Source: an uncultured Planctomycetota bacterium (GTDB taxonomy: Bacteria; Planctomycetota; Planctomycetia; Isosphaerales; Isosphaeraceae). Taken from it: a DNA stretch of 64,000 nt. The translations under genes were made by a program, and so were the position numbers. Below the pieces are notes generated by a model. It saw only the letters and a list, made by a program, of their open reading frames with translations, had not been told where the DNA came from and did not search any database. The stretch covers positions 3,168,001 through 3,232,000 of the forward strand of contig CAVTTN010000002.1 in assembly GCA_963737655.1 (NCBI GenBank), written 5' to 3'. Shown here piece after piece: positions 9,607-20,594 of this stretch. Numbering within the stretch: the stretch's first letter is position 1; every line of letters starts with the position of its first letter.

Positions 9607-10707
9607 TTGAATCTCGCCGTCGAATCCCCCGCCCTCCTGCCCGAGCCCCCGCCGATCGTCCGCGAGCCGTTCGCGATCGGCGGCGTCCCGATCCCCTCGC
9701 GGTTCTTCCTCGCCCCGCTGGCCGGGTATACGAGCCTCGCCTATCGTTTGGCGGTCCGCGAGAACGGCGGTCTCGGGCTGGCGACGACCGACCTCGTGAA
9801 CGCCCGAGCGATCCTCGAGAACCGGCCGAGGTCGGCCGAGCTTTCCCAGACTTGCCCCGAAGATAGGCCGGTCGCGATCCAGATCTATGGCGTGGACCAC
9901 GCCGAGATGAGCGAGGCCGCCCGGAGGATGGTGGATCGCGGGGCCACGATCATCGACATCAACATGGGCTGCCCGGTCCGCAAGGTCGTGAAGACGGGCG
10001 GCGGCTCGGCCCTGATGTGCGATTCGAACTCGGCCACGAGGCTGGTCGAGGCCATCGTGGGCGCGGTCGACGTGCCGGTGACGGTCAAGATGAGGCTGGG
10101 CTGGGACGACGAGACGCTCTCCGCCCCCGAGCTGGCCCGGAGGTTCGAATCGGTGGGCGCGGCGGCGGTGATCCTCCACGGCCGGACCCGGGCCCAGGGG
10201 TTCCGCGGCGGAGTGAACCGCGACGGGATCCGCGAGACGGTGGAGGCCGTCGAGAGGATGCCGATCGTCGGCAACGGCGACGTCCGGACGATCGCCGACG
10301 CCGCGGCGATGCTCCGCGAGACGGGCTGTTCGGCGGTCTCCATCGGCCGGGGGTCCCTGGCCAACCCGTTCCTGTTCCGGCAACTGGAACACTGGGGCCG
10401 GACGGGCCATCCGGGGCCGGAGCCGACGTTCTCGGAGCGAGTGGACGTGATGGCCCGGCACTTCCGCCGGCTGGTGGAACATCGAGGCGAGCGGACGGCG
10501 TGCCTGGAGTTCCGCAAGCTGATCAAGTGGTACAACTACGCGATCCGGCCGCCCAAGGCGCTGTACCACCGCCTGATCAACCTGGGCGGCGCGGCCCTGT
10601 TTGAAGAGGTCGTGAAGGCGATCCGGGATTCGGGGCCGACGTCGCGCCTGCCCGGGCATTTCGAGCCGAGGGTTCCCGTCCCCGGCGGACCGATTGACAA
10701 GTGGTGA
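9607..10707 (+). CDS. dusB: tRNA-dihydrouridine synthase B
   Basis: LAPLAGYT, IDINMGCPVRKV, GGGSALM, VTVKMRLGWD, HGRTRAQ, GNGDV and IGRG. TTG start at 9607 is approximate. Confidence 0.9.
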   Translation: MNLAVESPALLPEPPPIVREPFAIGGVPIPSRFFLAPLAGYTSLAYRLAVRENGGLGLATTDLVNARAILENRPRSAELSQTCPEDRPVAIQIYGVDHAEMSEAARRMVDRGATIIDINMGCPVRKVVKTGGGSALMCDSNSATRLVEAIVGAVDVPVTVKMRLGWDDETLSAPELARRFESVGAAAVILHGRTRAQGFRGGVNRDGIRETVEAVERMPIVGNGDVRTIADAAAMLRETGCSAVSIGRGSLANPFLFRQLEHWGRTGHPGPEPTFSERVDVMARHFRRLVEHRGERTACLEFRKLIKWYNYAIRPPKALYHRLINLGGAALFEEVVKAIRDSGPTSRLPGHFEPRVPVPGGPIDKW

Positions 10708-10738
10708 TCGGTCCACCGGGCCCGGAGTCAACCCGCGA

Positions 10739-11065
10739 TCAGCCGACGATCGTGTTGACGACCTCGGCCAGCTCGCGCCCGGCGTCGGTCAGGTAGTAGA
10801 AGTTGTGCTTGCCGGAGCGTCGGGGCTCGATCAGGCGGCCGTGGCGGAGCAGGGCGAGGTGGTGGCTCACGGCCGGCTGGCTCTGAGTGCCGAGGTCCTG
10901 GCAGAGCTCGGAGACGTTCCTCTCCTTCTCGGTCAGGAGCATGAGGACCTGGAGCCGGGTGGGGTCGGAGACCTGCTTGAGCAGGTCGGCGGCCTGGCGG
11001 ATCTGCGAGGACGGGCGCTGGGCCGAGGCGGTCTTCGACGTCTTGGTCTTCGGAGAAGCGGCCAT
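10739..11065 (-). CDS. ArsR/SmtB family transcriptional regulator
   Basis: SDPTRLQVLMLL...NVSELC...SQPAVSHHLALLR...IEPRRSGKHNFYYL winged-helix pattern. Confidence 0.9.
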   Translation of the reverse strand: MAASPKTKTSKTASAQRPSSQIRQAADLLKQVSDPTRLQVLMLLTEKERNVSELCQDLGTQSQPAVSHHLALLRHGRLIEPRRSGKHNFYYLTDAGRELAEVVNTIVG

Positions 11066-11226
11066 GACAGGACCTCGAACGAGTTGTTGGGGACGGACCG
11101 ATGGGTCGGGCGGAAGCGTGCGACTCAGACTTGGGATTCACGCTCTCATAGGATGATATACATTCCAAATCCGAACGTCAAGCCTGAAACAGACTGAATG
11201 CAAGGCGAAATCACGCCTTCTTGAAT

Positions 11227-11242
11227 GTGAACGAATGTTCGC
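11227..11242. promoter_or_regulatory. Palindromic operator-like site between divergent arsR-like gene and csrA
   Basis: GTGAAC-GAAT-GTTCGC, an imperfect inverted repeat in an AT-rich divergent intergenic region. Confidence 0.35.
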
Positions 11243-11392
11243 GATGTGACGATCGTCGGGGTCATGTGGGCGCGGCGCCGCGGCGTCACGACGGGCCGGG
11301 GCCGGCGTAGGGAGTGGTGAGCGGATCGGCCCGTCGAGGGGCGACGCCCGGCAGCCCGGAAGCGCCATCCAGAGAAGAGATTGGGGGCGGAG

Positions 11393-11599
11393 ATGCTCGT
11401 CCTGACCAGGAAGATCGGGGAGAAGATCCACATCGGCGACCATGTGGTGGTCACGGTCGTGAGGATCCAGAACGACAAGGTCCGGATCGGGATCGACGCG
11501 CCGCCGGAGGTCGTCGTCCACCGCGAGGAGGTCCACGAGCGGGCCCTCCGGGCCCGGCGGCCGGGCGACCTCCCCGCGGCCTCCGCCGCCGAGGAGTGA
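11393..11599 (+). CDS. csrA: Carbon storage regulator CsrA
   Basis: MLVLTRKIGEKIHIGDHVVVTVVRIQNDKVRIGIDAPPEVVVHREEV is the canonical CsrA pattern. Confidence 0.95.
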   Translation: MLVLTRKIGEKIHIGDHVVVTVVRIQNDKVRIGIDAPPEVVVHREEVHERALRARRPGDLPAASAAEE

Positions 11600-11803
11600 C
11601 CCCCGAGACTCCCTCCACGAACCGGAGGCGCACTCCTTCCCTTCCTCCCGACATATTCGAGAGCGTTGGCCATCGCCCCGGGCGCGCGCCCCTTCGCGCC
11701 GGCCGGGAGATCTGATAGGCTCAGCCTCCTCCGCGACGACCCCCGCCGGGCCCCGACCCGGCGCGGGGCGTTCGCGCGTCGAGTCGCCGTCAAGGGGTCG
11801 AGG

Positions 11804-12841
11804 ATGATCATCGTCTTGAAGCCCAATCCTTCCGCCGAGCAGGTCCGCCACGTCGTCGAGCGGATCGAGGAGCTCGGGCTGGTTCCCCACCTCAGCCAGG
11901 GCGTCTCCCGGACGATCATCGGCGTGATCGGCGACGAGGAGAAGCTCCAGGCCGAGCCCCTCCAGGCGATCGAGGGCGTGGAGTCCGTCGTCCCGATCCT
12001 CAAGCCGTTCAAGCTGGCCAGCCGCGAGTTCCACCGCGAGGAATCGGTCTTCGACGTCAAGGGCGTGAAGGTCGGCGGCGGCCACCTGATGATGATCGCC
12101 GGCCCCTGCGCGATCGAGTCCGAGGAGCGCCTGGTCGAGATCGCCGAGGTCGTCAAGGACGCCGGGGCGAACGTCCTCCGGGGCGGCGCCTACAAGCCTC
12201 GGACCAGTCCCTATAGCTTCCAGGGACTCGGCGAGGACGGCCTCAAGATCCTCCGGGCCGCCGGGGAGCGGTTCGACATGCCGGTGGTCACCGAGGTCAT
12301 GGACCCCCGCCAGGTCGAGACCGTCGAGAAGTATGCCGACCTGATCCAGATCGGCGCCCGGAACATGCAGAATTTCGACCTCCTGAAGGAAGTCGGCCGG
12401 ACCCGCACCCCGGTCCTCCTCAAGCGGGGGATGAGCGCGACGGTCAAGGACCTTCTGATGAGTGCCGAGTATGTCCTGGCCCAGGGGAACATGCGGGTGA
12501 TCCTCTGCGAGAGGGGCGTCCGCTCGTTCGAGGACTCGACCCGGAACATGATGGACCTCTCGGCCGTCCCGAACGTGAAGGGTCAGAGCCACCTGCCGAT
12601 CATCGTGGACCCGAGCCACGCGACGGGCCGCCCGGACCTGATCCCGCCCATGGCCCGGGCCGGGCTGGCCGCGGGGGCCGACGGGGTCCACGTCGAGGTC
12701 CACACCTGCCCGGAGAAGGCCCTCTCCGACGGCCCCCAGGCCCTCCTGCCGGCGGCCTACGCCCGGCTGATGGACGAGCTTCGGGCCCTGGCGGAGCTCA
12801 TGGGCAAGACGATCGACGTCCGCGAAGGGGTCCCCGCCTGA
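11804..12841 (+). CDS. aroF: 3-deoxy-7-phosphoheptulonate (DAHP) synthase, type I-beta with N-terminal regulatory domain
   Basis: MIIVLKP N-terminal domain, [49 protein letters not shown] and DPSH. Confidence 0.95.
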   Translation: MIIVLKPNPSAEQVRHVVERIEELGLVPHLSQGVSRTIIGVIGDEEKLQAEPLQAIEGVESVVPILKPFKLASREFHREESVFDVKGVKVGGGHLMMIAGPCAIESEERLVEIAEVVKDAGANVLRGGAYKPRTSPYSFQGLGEDGLKILRAAGERFDMPVVTEVMDPRQVETVEKYADLIQIGARNMQNFDLLKEVGRTRTPVLLKRGMSATVKDLLMSAEYVLAQGNMRVILCERGVRSFEDSTRNMMDLSAVPNVKGQSHLPIIVDPSHATGRPDLIPPMARAGLAAGADGVHVEVHTCPEKALSDGPQALLPAAYARLMDELRALAELMGKTIDVREGVPA

Positions 12842-12842
12842 C

Positions 12843-13619
12843 ATGCGCCCTCTCTTCATCGCCGGCAACTGGAAGATGAACCCGCCGACCCTGGAGGCCG
12901 CCTCGGCCCTGGCCGAGGAGGTCAAGAAGGGCGTCGGCGCCGAGGTCTCGCCCCGGGTCGCGATCTGCCCGCCCTCGGTGTTCCTCCATGCCCTGGATCG
13001 CATCCTCGCCGGTTCTCCCATCGGCCTCGGCGCCCAGAACATGCACGGCAAGCCCGACGGCGCGTATACCGGCGAGCTCTGCGGCCCGATGCTCGTCGAT
13101 GCCGGATGCACTCATGTCATCCTAGGACACTCCGAGAGACGCCACGGGATGGGCGAGACCGACGCCCAGGTCAACGGCAAGCTGACGGCCGCGCTGAAGG
13201 TCGGCCTGATCCCGATCGTCTGCATCGGCGAGACCCTGGAGGAGCGCGAGGCCGACCGGACCGAAGCGGTCGTGGCGGCCCAGCTCGAAGGCTCCCTGAC
13301 GGGCCTGGCCGCCGAGCAGATGGCCGGGGTGGTCCTGGCGTATGAGCCGGTCTGGGCGATCGGCACGGGCCGGGTGGCCTCTCCCGAGCAGGCCCAGGCC
13401 GTCCATGCCTTCATCCGGGGCCGCCTGGAGTCGATGTTCGACCAGGCGACGGCGGGGCGGGTCGTTGTCCAGTACGGGGGGAGCGTCAAGGCGGACAACG
13501 CCCGGGACCTCCTGGCCTGCCCGGACATCGACGGCGCCCTAGTCGGCGGGGCCAGCCTCAAGGCCGCCGAGTTCCTCGGCATCATCGCCGCCGGCCGGGC
13601 CGTCGCCGCCCATCCCTGA
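12843..13619 (+). CDS. tpiA: Triosephosphate isomerase
   Basis: [30 protein letters not shown] and GALVGGASL. Confidence 0.98.
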   Translation: MRPLFIAGNWKMNPPTLEAASALAEEVKKGVGAEVSPRVAICPPSVFLHALDRILAGSPIGLGAQNMHGKPDGAYTGELCGPMLVDAGCTHVILGHSERRHGMGETDAQVNGKLTAALKVGLIPIVCIGETLEEREADRTEAVVAAQLEGSLTGLAAEQMAGVVLAYEPVWAIGTGRVASPEQAQAVHAFIRGRLESMFDQATAGRVVVQYGGSVKADNARDLLACPDIDGALVGGASLKAAEFLGIIAAGRAVAAHP

Positions 13620-13693
13620 TCCCGACCCGACCCCTCCCGATCCGAACCCTTCGCTTTCGCGAGATCGCGCCCCTAGTCCCGAGGAATCCGGCC

Positions 13694-14221
13694 GTGGTGA
13701 ATTTCCTGATCGGCTTGGCGAACGTCTTGATGGTCATCACCTCGCTGTTCCTGATCGGCCTGGTCCTGATCCAGAGGGGCAAGGGCGGAGGGCTCGCCGG
13801 GGCGTTCGGCGGGGCCGGCGGCTCCAGCGCCTTCGGCACCAAGGCCGGCGACGTCTTCACCCGGATCACCATCTTCACCGCCGGATTCTGGTTCCTCCTG
13901 GCCCTGTTCCTGGTCTATGCGAGCAATTCGAAGTCGAAATCGGCCTTCGACCGCGAGATCGAGCAAAAAGGCTCGCGAGACGCCGGCGCCGGGGCCGGTT
14001 TGGATCCGGACAAGGACAAGCCGCCCCTCGCCACCGACAAGGACAAGGCCCCGGCCGGCGAGCCGGCCGTCGAGCCCGCGCGACCGCCGATCGACGGCGT
14101 GCCGAAGAAGACGACCGACGGCCCGGTCGTCCCCCTGAACCCGGCCGACGCCGGGGCGAAGGCGAGCTCGAACCCGCCTCCGGCCCCTCCGGGCACCCCG
14201 CCCACGACGCCCAAGCCCTGA
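13694..14221 (+). CDS. secG: Preprotein translocase subunit SecG with Pro/Ala-rich tail
   Basis: [40 protein letters not shown]. Follows tpiA. Confidence 0.92.
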   Translation: MVNFLIGLANVLMVITSLFLIGLVLIQRGKGGGLAGAFGGAGGSSAFGTKAGDVFTRITIFTAGFWFLLALFLVYASNSKSKSAFDREIEQKGSRDAGAGAGLDPDKDKPPLATDKDKAPAGEPAVEPARPPIDGVPKKTTDGPVVPLNPADAGAKASSNPPPAPPGTPPTTPKP

Positions 14222-14335
14222 TCGATCGGGCGGCCTTCGCGGCCCGCCCGGTTGGTTCCCCAGCCCCTCGTCGAGGCGGCGGCCCCTTCGGAGAGGCCCC
14301 GCCTCGGCCCCGTTCGCTCCGTTGGCGAGGTCCGA

Positions 14336-15211
14336 GTGCTCCTGAGCATGACTGGATTCGGTGAGGCCCGCTCCGTCGACGACCGCCTGACGGTCATCGC
14401 CGAACTCCGCGCCGTGAATAATCGTCACCTGAAGCTCAACGCGCGGATCAGCGACCCGTTCTCCGCCCTGGAGCCGGACTTCGAGAGGCTGATCCGCGAG
14501 ACGATCCGCCGGGGGACGATCCAGTTCTCGCTCCGGGTCGAGAGGCCCCGCCGGGCCGAGGATTACCGGCTGAACCTCGTGGCGCTGTCGAGCTATCGGG
14601 ACCAGGTCGTCTCGATGCTCGGCCCGGGATCGCCTCCGCCGGACCTCGCGGCCCTGCTCGGCCTGCCGGGGGTCGTCGAGGGCCGGAACCATCAGGCCGA
14701 CGACCCCCGCGAGGAGTGGCCGAAGCTCGCCCAGGTCGTCGGCGAGGCCGTCGAGAAGCTCCAGGCCAGCCGGGCCGAGGAAGGCCGCGCGATGGCCTCC
14801 GAGCTGCTCTCCCTGGCTCGCCTGTTCGCCGGACAGCTCGACCACGTGGCCCGCCGGGGGCCGGAGATCGTCTCGGCCTATCAGTCCCGCCTGATCGAGA
14901 GGGTCCAGGCCCTGGTCAAGGACCGCGTGACGATCGAGCCCAAGGACCTGATCCGCGAGGTCGCCATCCTCGCCGAGAGGGCGGACATCGCCGAGGAGAT
15001 CGTCCGCCTCCGGGCCCATCTCCAGCAGTTCGAGGCCGTGATCGCCGAGCCCGAGAGCGCCGGCCGGAAGCTGGAATTCGTGGTCCAGGAGATGGGCCGG
15101 GAGACCAACACCATCGGCTCCAAGGCCAACGATGTTGAGATCAGCCGGTCGGTCGTCGAGATGAAGGGGCTGCTGGAGAAGATCCGCGAGCTGATCCTGA
15201 ATATCGAATGA
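14336..15211 (+). CDS. yicC: YicC/YloC family endoribonuclease
   Basis: LLSMTGFG, ELRAVNNRHL and DIAEEIVRL...GRKLEFVVQEMGRETNTIGSKA...EKIRELILNIE. Confidence 0.93.
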   Translation: MLLSMTGFGEARSVDDRLTVIAELRAVNNRHLKLNARISDPFSALEPDFERLIRETIRRGTIQFSLRVERPRRAEDYRLNLVALSSYRDQVVSMLGPGSPPPDLAALLGLPGVVEGRNHQADDPREEWPKLAQVVGEAVEKLQASRAEEGRAMASELLSLARLFAGQLDHVARRGPEIVSAYQSRLIERVQALVKDRVTIEPKDLIREVAILAERADIAEEIVRLRAHLQQFEAVIAEPESAGRKLEFVVQEMGRETNTIGSKANDVEISRSVVEMKGLLEKIRELILNIE

Positions 15212-15254
15212 ATCGGTCGGATCGAACGTCCGACCGAAGGAGGGCATCCGCCTG

Positions 15255-15863
15255 ATGTGGGTGGCCGGCTGGGGGGAATTGCCCGGGCATCTGGTGATCG
15301 TCTCGGGCCCGTCGGGGTCCGGGAAGAGTACGCTGGTACGCCGGGTCCTCCGGAGGCCGGACGTCCGGGCGAAGCTCTCGGTCTCGGCCACCACCCGCGC
15401 CCCCCGGCCGGGCGAGGTCCCCGGCGAGCACTATGACTTCCTGGATCGGGACGAGTTCCAGGGCCGGGTCGAGCGAAACGCCTTCCTGGAATGGGCGGAG
15501 TTCTCCGGGAACCTCTACGGGACGCCCGCCGAGCCGGTCCTCGAATCGCTCCGCGAGGGATTCGGCGTGATCCTGGAGATCGAGGTCCAGGGCGCCATGC
15601 AGGTCCGCGAAAAGGCGCCGTCGGCACTGTTCGTGTTCATCGACGTCCCCCGGTTCTGGGAGCTGGAGAAGAGGCTGCGGGCCCGGGGCACGGAGGATGA
15701 CGCGACGATCCACCGCCGGCTCGTCCGGGGGCGGGCCGAACGCGACGAAGCCCATCGCTACGACGTGACAATCATCAATGACGACCTGGAGAGCGCGGTC
15801 GATCGTCTCGCCGCCCTCCTGGTGGAACACGGTTGCGGAGGTCCCCTCGCCGATGCTCGATGA
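15255..15863 (+). CDS. gmk: Guanylate kinase
   Basis: [37 protein letters not shown] and LEIEVQGA. Confidence 0.95.
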   Translation: MWVAGWGELPGHLVIVSGPSGSGKSTLVRRVLRRPDVRAKLSVSATTRAPRPGEVPGEHYDFLDRDEFQGRVERNAFLEWAEFSGNLYGTPAEPVLESLREGFGVILEIEVQGAMQVREKAPSALFVFIDVPRFWELEKRLRARGTEDDATIHRRLVRGRAERDEAHRYDVTIINDDLESAVDRLAALLVEHGCGGPLADAR

Positions 15864-16119
15864 ACTGAAGGAAGAAGAGATCGTCAACAAGGTCGGAGGC
15901 CGGTTCAAGCTCTCGACCCTGATCCAGAAACGGATGATCGCGCTGAATCAGGGCGCACGTCCACTCGTGGACATGCGATCGCCGGACAAGATGGCGATCG
16001 TGATCCAGGAGATCATGCAGAACAAGATCTACCTGGACCTCTCGGGCAATCTCCAGTCGATGGCGGAGACCGAGGCGGACGAGCCCGAGACGGTCGATCT
16101 GACGCAACCCTCAGAGTAG
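15853..16119 (+). CDS. rpoZ: RNA polymerase subunit omega
   Basis: [39 protein letters not shown]. Occupies the usual position after gmk. Confidence 0.85.
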   Translation: MLDELKEEEIVNKVGGRFKLSTLIQKRMIALNQGARPLVDMRSPDKMAIVIQEIMQNKIYLDLSGNLQSMAETEADEPETVDLTQPSE

Positions 16120-16254
16120 GCGGAACCTCTCCCCGACCCCCCGAATCCCCCGGGGATCGCCGAAGCGGGCCCGGCGCCGAGGACGATCCCAGGGAGGGTC
16201 GCGCTCGTCGGGGGCCCCTCGCCCCTCGACGGCTCGCGCGCCCGAGGGGGAGCG

Positions 16255-18528
16255 ATGTCGGACCGTCCTCGATTGCGAAGCCACGGCCTGGCCCTGGCCC
16301 TGCTCTTCGGCGTTGCGTTCCTGGCGCTCAGCCTGGTCGGCTACGACCCGGCCGACCCGCCCGGATCGGCGGTCGAGCCTCCGCGCTCCCCGCCGAGCAA
16401 CCCGTGCGGGCCGGTCGGGGCGATCCTGGCGCATCTTTTGTTCTCCACGGTCGGCTGGGGGGCGTTCCTGCTCCTCTACGGGCTGGCGGTGGTGGTCGGC
16501 CTGGCCTTCCGTCGCAAGAGCTTCCCCGAGAAGGGCCAGAGGCTCGCCGGGATCGCGATGGTCACGTTCGTCCTGGCGTCGGCCCTCGCCCGGTTCGCGC
16601 CGGGCCTGCGGCCGTGCCCCCCGGTGGGGCCCGGGGGCTACGTCGGCGCGTTCGCCGTGGCGTTCCTCGGCGGCCAGTTCGGGCCGGTCGGGACGATCCT
16701 GATCCTCTCGGCCCTGGCCCTGGTCGGCGGCGCCCTCTGTTCGGATGTCCTGATCGTCTGGCCCATGCGAGAACTCGCCAGGCTGGCCAGGAGGCCGCAC
16801 CCCGCCACCTCGCCCGCCCTCTCCGAGATGCCCGAACCGGCCCCAGGCCCGATCTTCGCGATGATCGAGCCGCCGGCGCCGACTCCCCGGCTCGAAGGCC
16901 CGACCGGCCGCCCCTCGCTGCTCCGAAGCGTCGAGGGCCCGCCCCCGGTCACGGTCCACGGCGGATCGACGACCCTGGCGACCCGGGGGAACGCGTCGGC
17001 ATCACCTCGGCCGGTCTCGCCCGGGGGGTTCCAGATCCCGCCGATGGACCTCCTCGAACCCCCCCCGCCGTTCCCGATCCAGGAGCATGAGGCCAAGATC
17101 CAGGCCCGCGCCATGCTCCTGGAAAAGACCCTCCTGGAACACGGCTGCCAGGTCCGCGTGGTCCAGATCGATACCGGGCCGGTCATCACCCAGTTCGAGA
17201 TCGAGCTGGAGGCCGGCTTGCGCGTCTCGAAGGTCGCCGGCCTCTCCAATGACCTGGCCATCGCCCTGGCCGTGCCGAGCGTCCGCATCGTCGCGCCGAT
17301 CCCGGGCAAGACGACGGTGGGGATCGAGGTGCCGAACGAGAGGCGGGGGATGGTCAAGCTCGGCGATGTCCTGAACGGCGTGGGCCCCCGGCTCGAACGG
17401 CTGAGAATCCCCCTCTTCCTGGGCAAGGACGTGAAGGGCCAGCCCCTGGCGTTCGACCTGGCCGACATGCCCCACCTCCTGATCGCCGGCCGGACCGGCA
17501 CGGGCAAATCGGTCTGCCTGAACGCGATGATCCTCTCCATCCTCATGACCAAGAGGCCCGACGAGGTCAAGCTGCTGTTGATCGACCCCAAGATGGTCGA
17601 GCTCTCGCAGTTCAAGCGAATCCCCCACCTGATGCACCCGGTCGTCACCGACATGAAGAAGGCCGAAAGCCTCCTCGCCTGGGCCTGCGACAAGATGGAC
17701 GAACGGTACGGCTACCTCCAGAGGGCCGGGGTCCGCAACATCCAGGCCTATAACGCGCTCGGCCCCGAGGAGATCTTCAACCGGATGAGGCCCGAATCCG
17801 ACGAGGAACGCGGCCGAATCCCCGACTTCATGCCGTACATCGTGATCATCGCCGACGAGATGGCGGACCTCATGATGACGGCGGCCAAGGAGGTCGAGTC
17901 GCACATCGTCCGGCTCGCCCAGAAGGCCCGGGCGGCCGGGATCCACCTGATCCTGGCCACCCAGAGGCCGACCGTCGACGTCATCACCGGCCTGATCAAG
18001 GGGAACATGCCGGCCCGGATCGCCTTCCAGGTCACCAGCCGGAACGATTCGCGGGTCGTCCTGGACGAGATGGGGGCCGACAAGCTCCTGGGCAACGGCG
18101 ACATGCTGTTCCTCGTCCCGGGGACGTCCCACATCGTCCGCGCCCAGGGCACGTATGTTTCCGATGCCGAGGTCAACCGCGTCTGCGGCTACCTGGAGCA
18201 ATATCCGGTCGAGTTCAGCAAGGAGCTGATCGGCCTGCCCGCCGGAGGGGCCGCCGGCAAGGACCGAGGCGCCGCCCTGAAGGAACGCGACGAGATGTAC
18301 GAGCCGGCCATCGAGATCATCATCCGCGAAGGCCGAGGGTCCACGTCCTTGCTCCAAAGGGCCCTGGGGATCGGCTACGGCCGGGCCGCCCGCCTGATCG
18401 ACTTCATGGCCGAAGACGGGATCGTCGGCGAATACAAGAGCGGGTCGGCCCGCGAGGTCCTCTATTCCTGGGAAGAATGGGAGGCCATCAAGAACGGCGG
18501 GGAACCCCCGGCCGAATCGGCGGCGTGA
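16255..18528 (+). CDS. ftsK: DNA translocase FtsK
   Basis: N-terminal TM domain, PHLLIAGRTGTGKSV, IDPKMVEL, DEMADLMM, ATQRPTVDVITG and gamma domain LQRALGIGYGRAARLID. Confidence 0.97.
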   Translation: MSDRPRLRSHGLALALLFGVAFLALSLVGYDPADPPGSAVEPPRSPPSNPCGPVGAILAHLLFSTVGWGAFLLLYGLAVVVGLAFRRKSFPEKGQRLAGIAMVTFVLASALARFAPGLRPCPPVGPGGYVGAFAVAFLGGQFGPVGTILILSALALVGGALCSDVLIVWPMRELARLARRPHPATSPALSEMPEPAPGPIFAMIEPPAPTPRLEGPTGRPSLLRSVEGPPPVTVHGGSTTLATRGNASASPRPVSPGGFQIPPMDLLEPPPPFPIQEHEAKIQARAMLLEKTLLEHGCQVRVVQIDTGPVITQFEIELEAGLRVSKVAGLSNDLAIALAVPSVRIVAPIPGKTTVGIEVPNERRGMVKLGDVLNGVGPRLERLRIPLFLGKDVKGQPLAFDLADMPHLLIAGRTGTGKSVCLNAMILSILMTKRPDEVKLLLIDPKMVELSQFKRIPHLMHPVVTDMKKAESLLAWACDKMDERYGYLQRAGVRNIQAYNALGPEEIFNRMRPESDEERGRIPDFMPYIVIIADEMADLMMTAAKEVESHIVRLAQKARAAGIHLILATQRPTVDVITGLIKGNMPARIAFQVTSRNDSRVVLDEMGADKLLGNGDMLFLVPGTSHIVRAQGTYVSDAEVNRVCGYLEQYPVEFSKELIGLPAGGAAGKDRGAALKERDEMYEPAIEIIIREGRGSTSLLQRALGIGYGRAARLIDFMAEDGIVGEYKSGSAREVLYSWEEWEAIKNGGEPPAESAA

Positions 18529-18628
18529 GGCGGGGGAGATCGATTCGCCGATGGCCGAGGAGCCATGCGGTCGGGGAAGACCGACGGCTTCCGGCAAGCG
18601 CAGAGGATGCGGGCGACCCGGGGAGTCC

Positions 18629-19040
18629 TCAAACCTCGTAATATTTGTCGCGTTCCGCGAGGAAAAACCCGGCTCCGGTCTCGTGCCCTTCCAGGAGGTA
18701 CGATTCCAGGAATTCGAGGGGCGCAATCTTCTGCCCGAGCCTCCTTCTCCCGGCGTTCGCGAAAGGGGTCGGTCGAGTCCGTCCCGGATTCGAGGAGGCC
18801 GCGGTAGTTCGTCAGGAGCCCTCGGACCGTCTCCAGTCCCTCGATCGCCGGGAACCAGCGGTCGTCCAGCGGACCGTCCGGGCCCTTGTAGATCAAGAAA
18901 TGGCCGAGCGGGACCAACGCCAGGAACTGGCAGGCCGAATCGTAGACGTGGCTGAGGTCGAGGAGCTCGCCGGAGAGGGGGATCGTGTCGGAGCCCCGGC
19001 AAGGCCGGTCGAACCGCAGAAACCAGCGTTCTTCTCGCAT
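18629..19040 (-). CDS. Hypothetical protein (probable frameshift near 18765)
   Basis: SD-like GAGAAAG before ATG 19040. Globular-looking sequence up to ...DSTDPF, then an alternative frame continues ANAGRRRLGQKIAPLEFLESYLLEGHETGAGFFLAERDKYYEV* (TGA at 18629-18631). Confidence 0.45.
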
Positions 19041-19175
19041 GGCGCTTCTTTCTCGGAGGGGGAATTCGGAGGCGCATGGCCGGTCTCCCTCTCGGATTCA
19101 CGCGGCGGATGCCCTGGCCGAGGGAGCTTCGGTTTGAGTCGCCATGATCCCGGGAAGTTTCCCTAAAAGACGCGT

Positions 19176-19775
19176 TCAAAGAGTGAAATCCAGGTCCCCG
19201 GCGAGGAGCCTTCCGCCGGATTTCGTGATCCGGTGGACCTGGGCGAAGCCGATTTCGATCCGGTCGAGGTCGGCCGGCGACAGCCCGTCGATCAGGGTCG
19301 TCATGAGGACCTTGATGACCACCCCGTGGGCGACGACCACGATCGATCGCCCCTCCTCCCGATCGACGATCGCTTGAAACGCCGGGACGACGCGATCTCG
19401 GACGTCGGCGAACGATTCGCCTCCGGGATGGGTGGCGTCGAGGTCCCCGGCGATCCATCGGGACCGGGAGTCTTCCCAGACGTGCCGGGACTCGGCCCAG
19501 GTCGTCCCGCTGAGCGGCCCCATCTTGCGTTCGTGGAGCGGCTCGACCACCTTGGCGGCCAAGCCGGTCGCCTCGGCGATGGCCTGGGCGGTCTCTCGGG
19601 CGCGTCTCATCCCCGAACAATAGAGGGCGTCGGGTCGTTCGGGCGCCAGGAGCGCGGCGACGGCCCGGGCCTGCTCGAACCCGCGAGGGCCGAGGCCGAT
19701 GTCCGACTCGAAGCCGTGGAACAACTCGGGGGCGGCGGTCTCGGCGTGTCGCAACAGGGCGATTTTCGTCGTCAT
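19176..19775 (-). CDS. Histidine phosphatase family protein
   Basis: MTTKIALLRHAET (RHxxT), RARETA, LHERKMG, PGGES and VVAHGVVI. Confidence 0.9.
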   Translation of the reverse strand: MTTKIALLRHAETAAPELFHGFESDIGLGPRGFEQARAVAALLAPERPDALYCSGMRRARETAQAIAEATGLAAKVVEPLHERKMGPLSGTTWAESRHVWEDSRSRWIAGDLDATHPGGESFADVRDRVVPAFQAIVDREEGRSIVVVAHGVVIKVLMTTLIDGLSPADLDRIEIGFAQVHRITKSGGRLLAGDLDFTL

Positions 19776-19934
19776 GAATCGGTCGCCCGGGCGTTTTGGG
19801 TGAGGTACGGGGTTGCCGAACTCCCGAGGGTTCGCCCATGATGGACGGTCGGCGAGGCCCCGGGTCGGGCCCGTCTTCCCCCCTCTCCGTTCGCCGGCCG
19901 AACCGCCGTTTTGGCCGCCCGAGGCCGCTCCACC

Positions 19935-20585
19935 ATGAAGACCGAGTCGGGCTCGAAGTACCGGACGATCCTCCTCTTCGGCATGCCCGGCAGCGGCAAG
20001 GGGACGCAGGGCACGGTCCTCGGCCAGCTCCCGGACCTCGTCCACGTCTCCTGCGGCGACATCTTCCGAAAGCTCCCGAAGTGGGGCGAGCTGGGCCGGG
20101 AGGTCGTCCGCTACACCTCCTCCGGCCTGCTCGTCCCCGATGACCTCACGGTCCGCATCTGGAGGAGGCACGTCCAGATCCTGGAGCTCCAGGAGCTGCT
20201 CCTCCCCGAGCAGCATACCCTGATCCTCGACGGCCTGCCACGCAACTACGACCAGGCCCAGCAGCTCGACGACATGCTCAACGTCGTCCAGATCTTCCAC
20301 CTGAACATCTCCGACACCGACAAGGCCAGCGAACGGCTCAAGGCCCGGGCCCTGCGGGAGAACCGCCTCGACGACATCAACGAGGAAGTCATCCGCAAGC
20401 GCCTGCAAATCTACTACGAAGAGACCTTCCAGACGCTGAGCTTCTACGACCCATCCATCGTCTACGAGGTGGACGCCTCGCAATCGCCGCTGGACGTCCT
20501 GCGGACGATCGTCGATCGGCTCTCCGAGGTGAACCGGAGCCGGACGAGGCCCAGGCCCTCGGCGATCTCCGAGACGGCGGGCTAG
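19935..20585 (+). CDS. Adenylate kinase family nucleoside monophosphate kinase (short LID type)
   Basis: LLFGMPGSGKGTQ, HVSCGDIFR, GLLVPDD, LDGLPRN and RLDD...IRKRLQIY. Confidence 0.85.
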   Translation: MKTESGSKYRTILLFGMPGSGKGTQGTVLGQLPDLVHVSCGDIFRKLPKWGELGREVVRYTSSGLLVPDDLTVRIWRRHVQILELQELLLPEQHTLILDGLPRNYDQAQQLDDMLNVVQIFHLNISDTDKASERLKARALRENRLDDINEEVIRKRLQIYYEETFQTLSFYDPSIVYEVDASQSPLDVLRTIVDRLSEVNRSRTRPRPSAISETAG

Positions 20586-20594
20586 GGACGCCCC

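Noticed and set aside
13930..14221. Pro/Ala/Lys-rich SecG tail as a novel domain or tandem repeat
   Set aside because: Low-complexity tails are common on SecG. Only a short DKDK duplication is visible.
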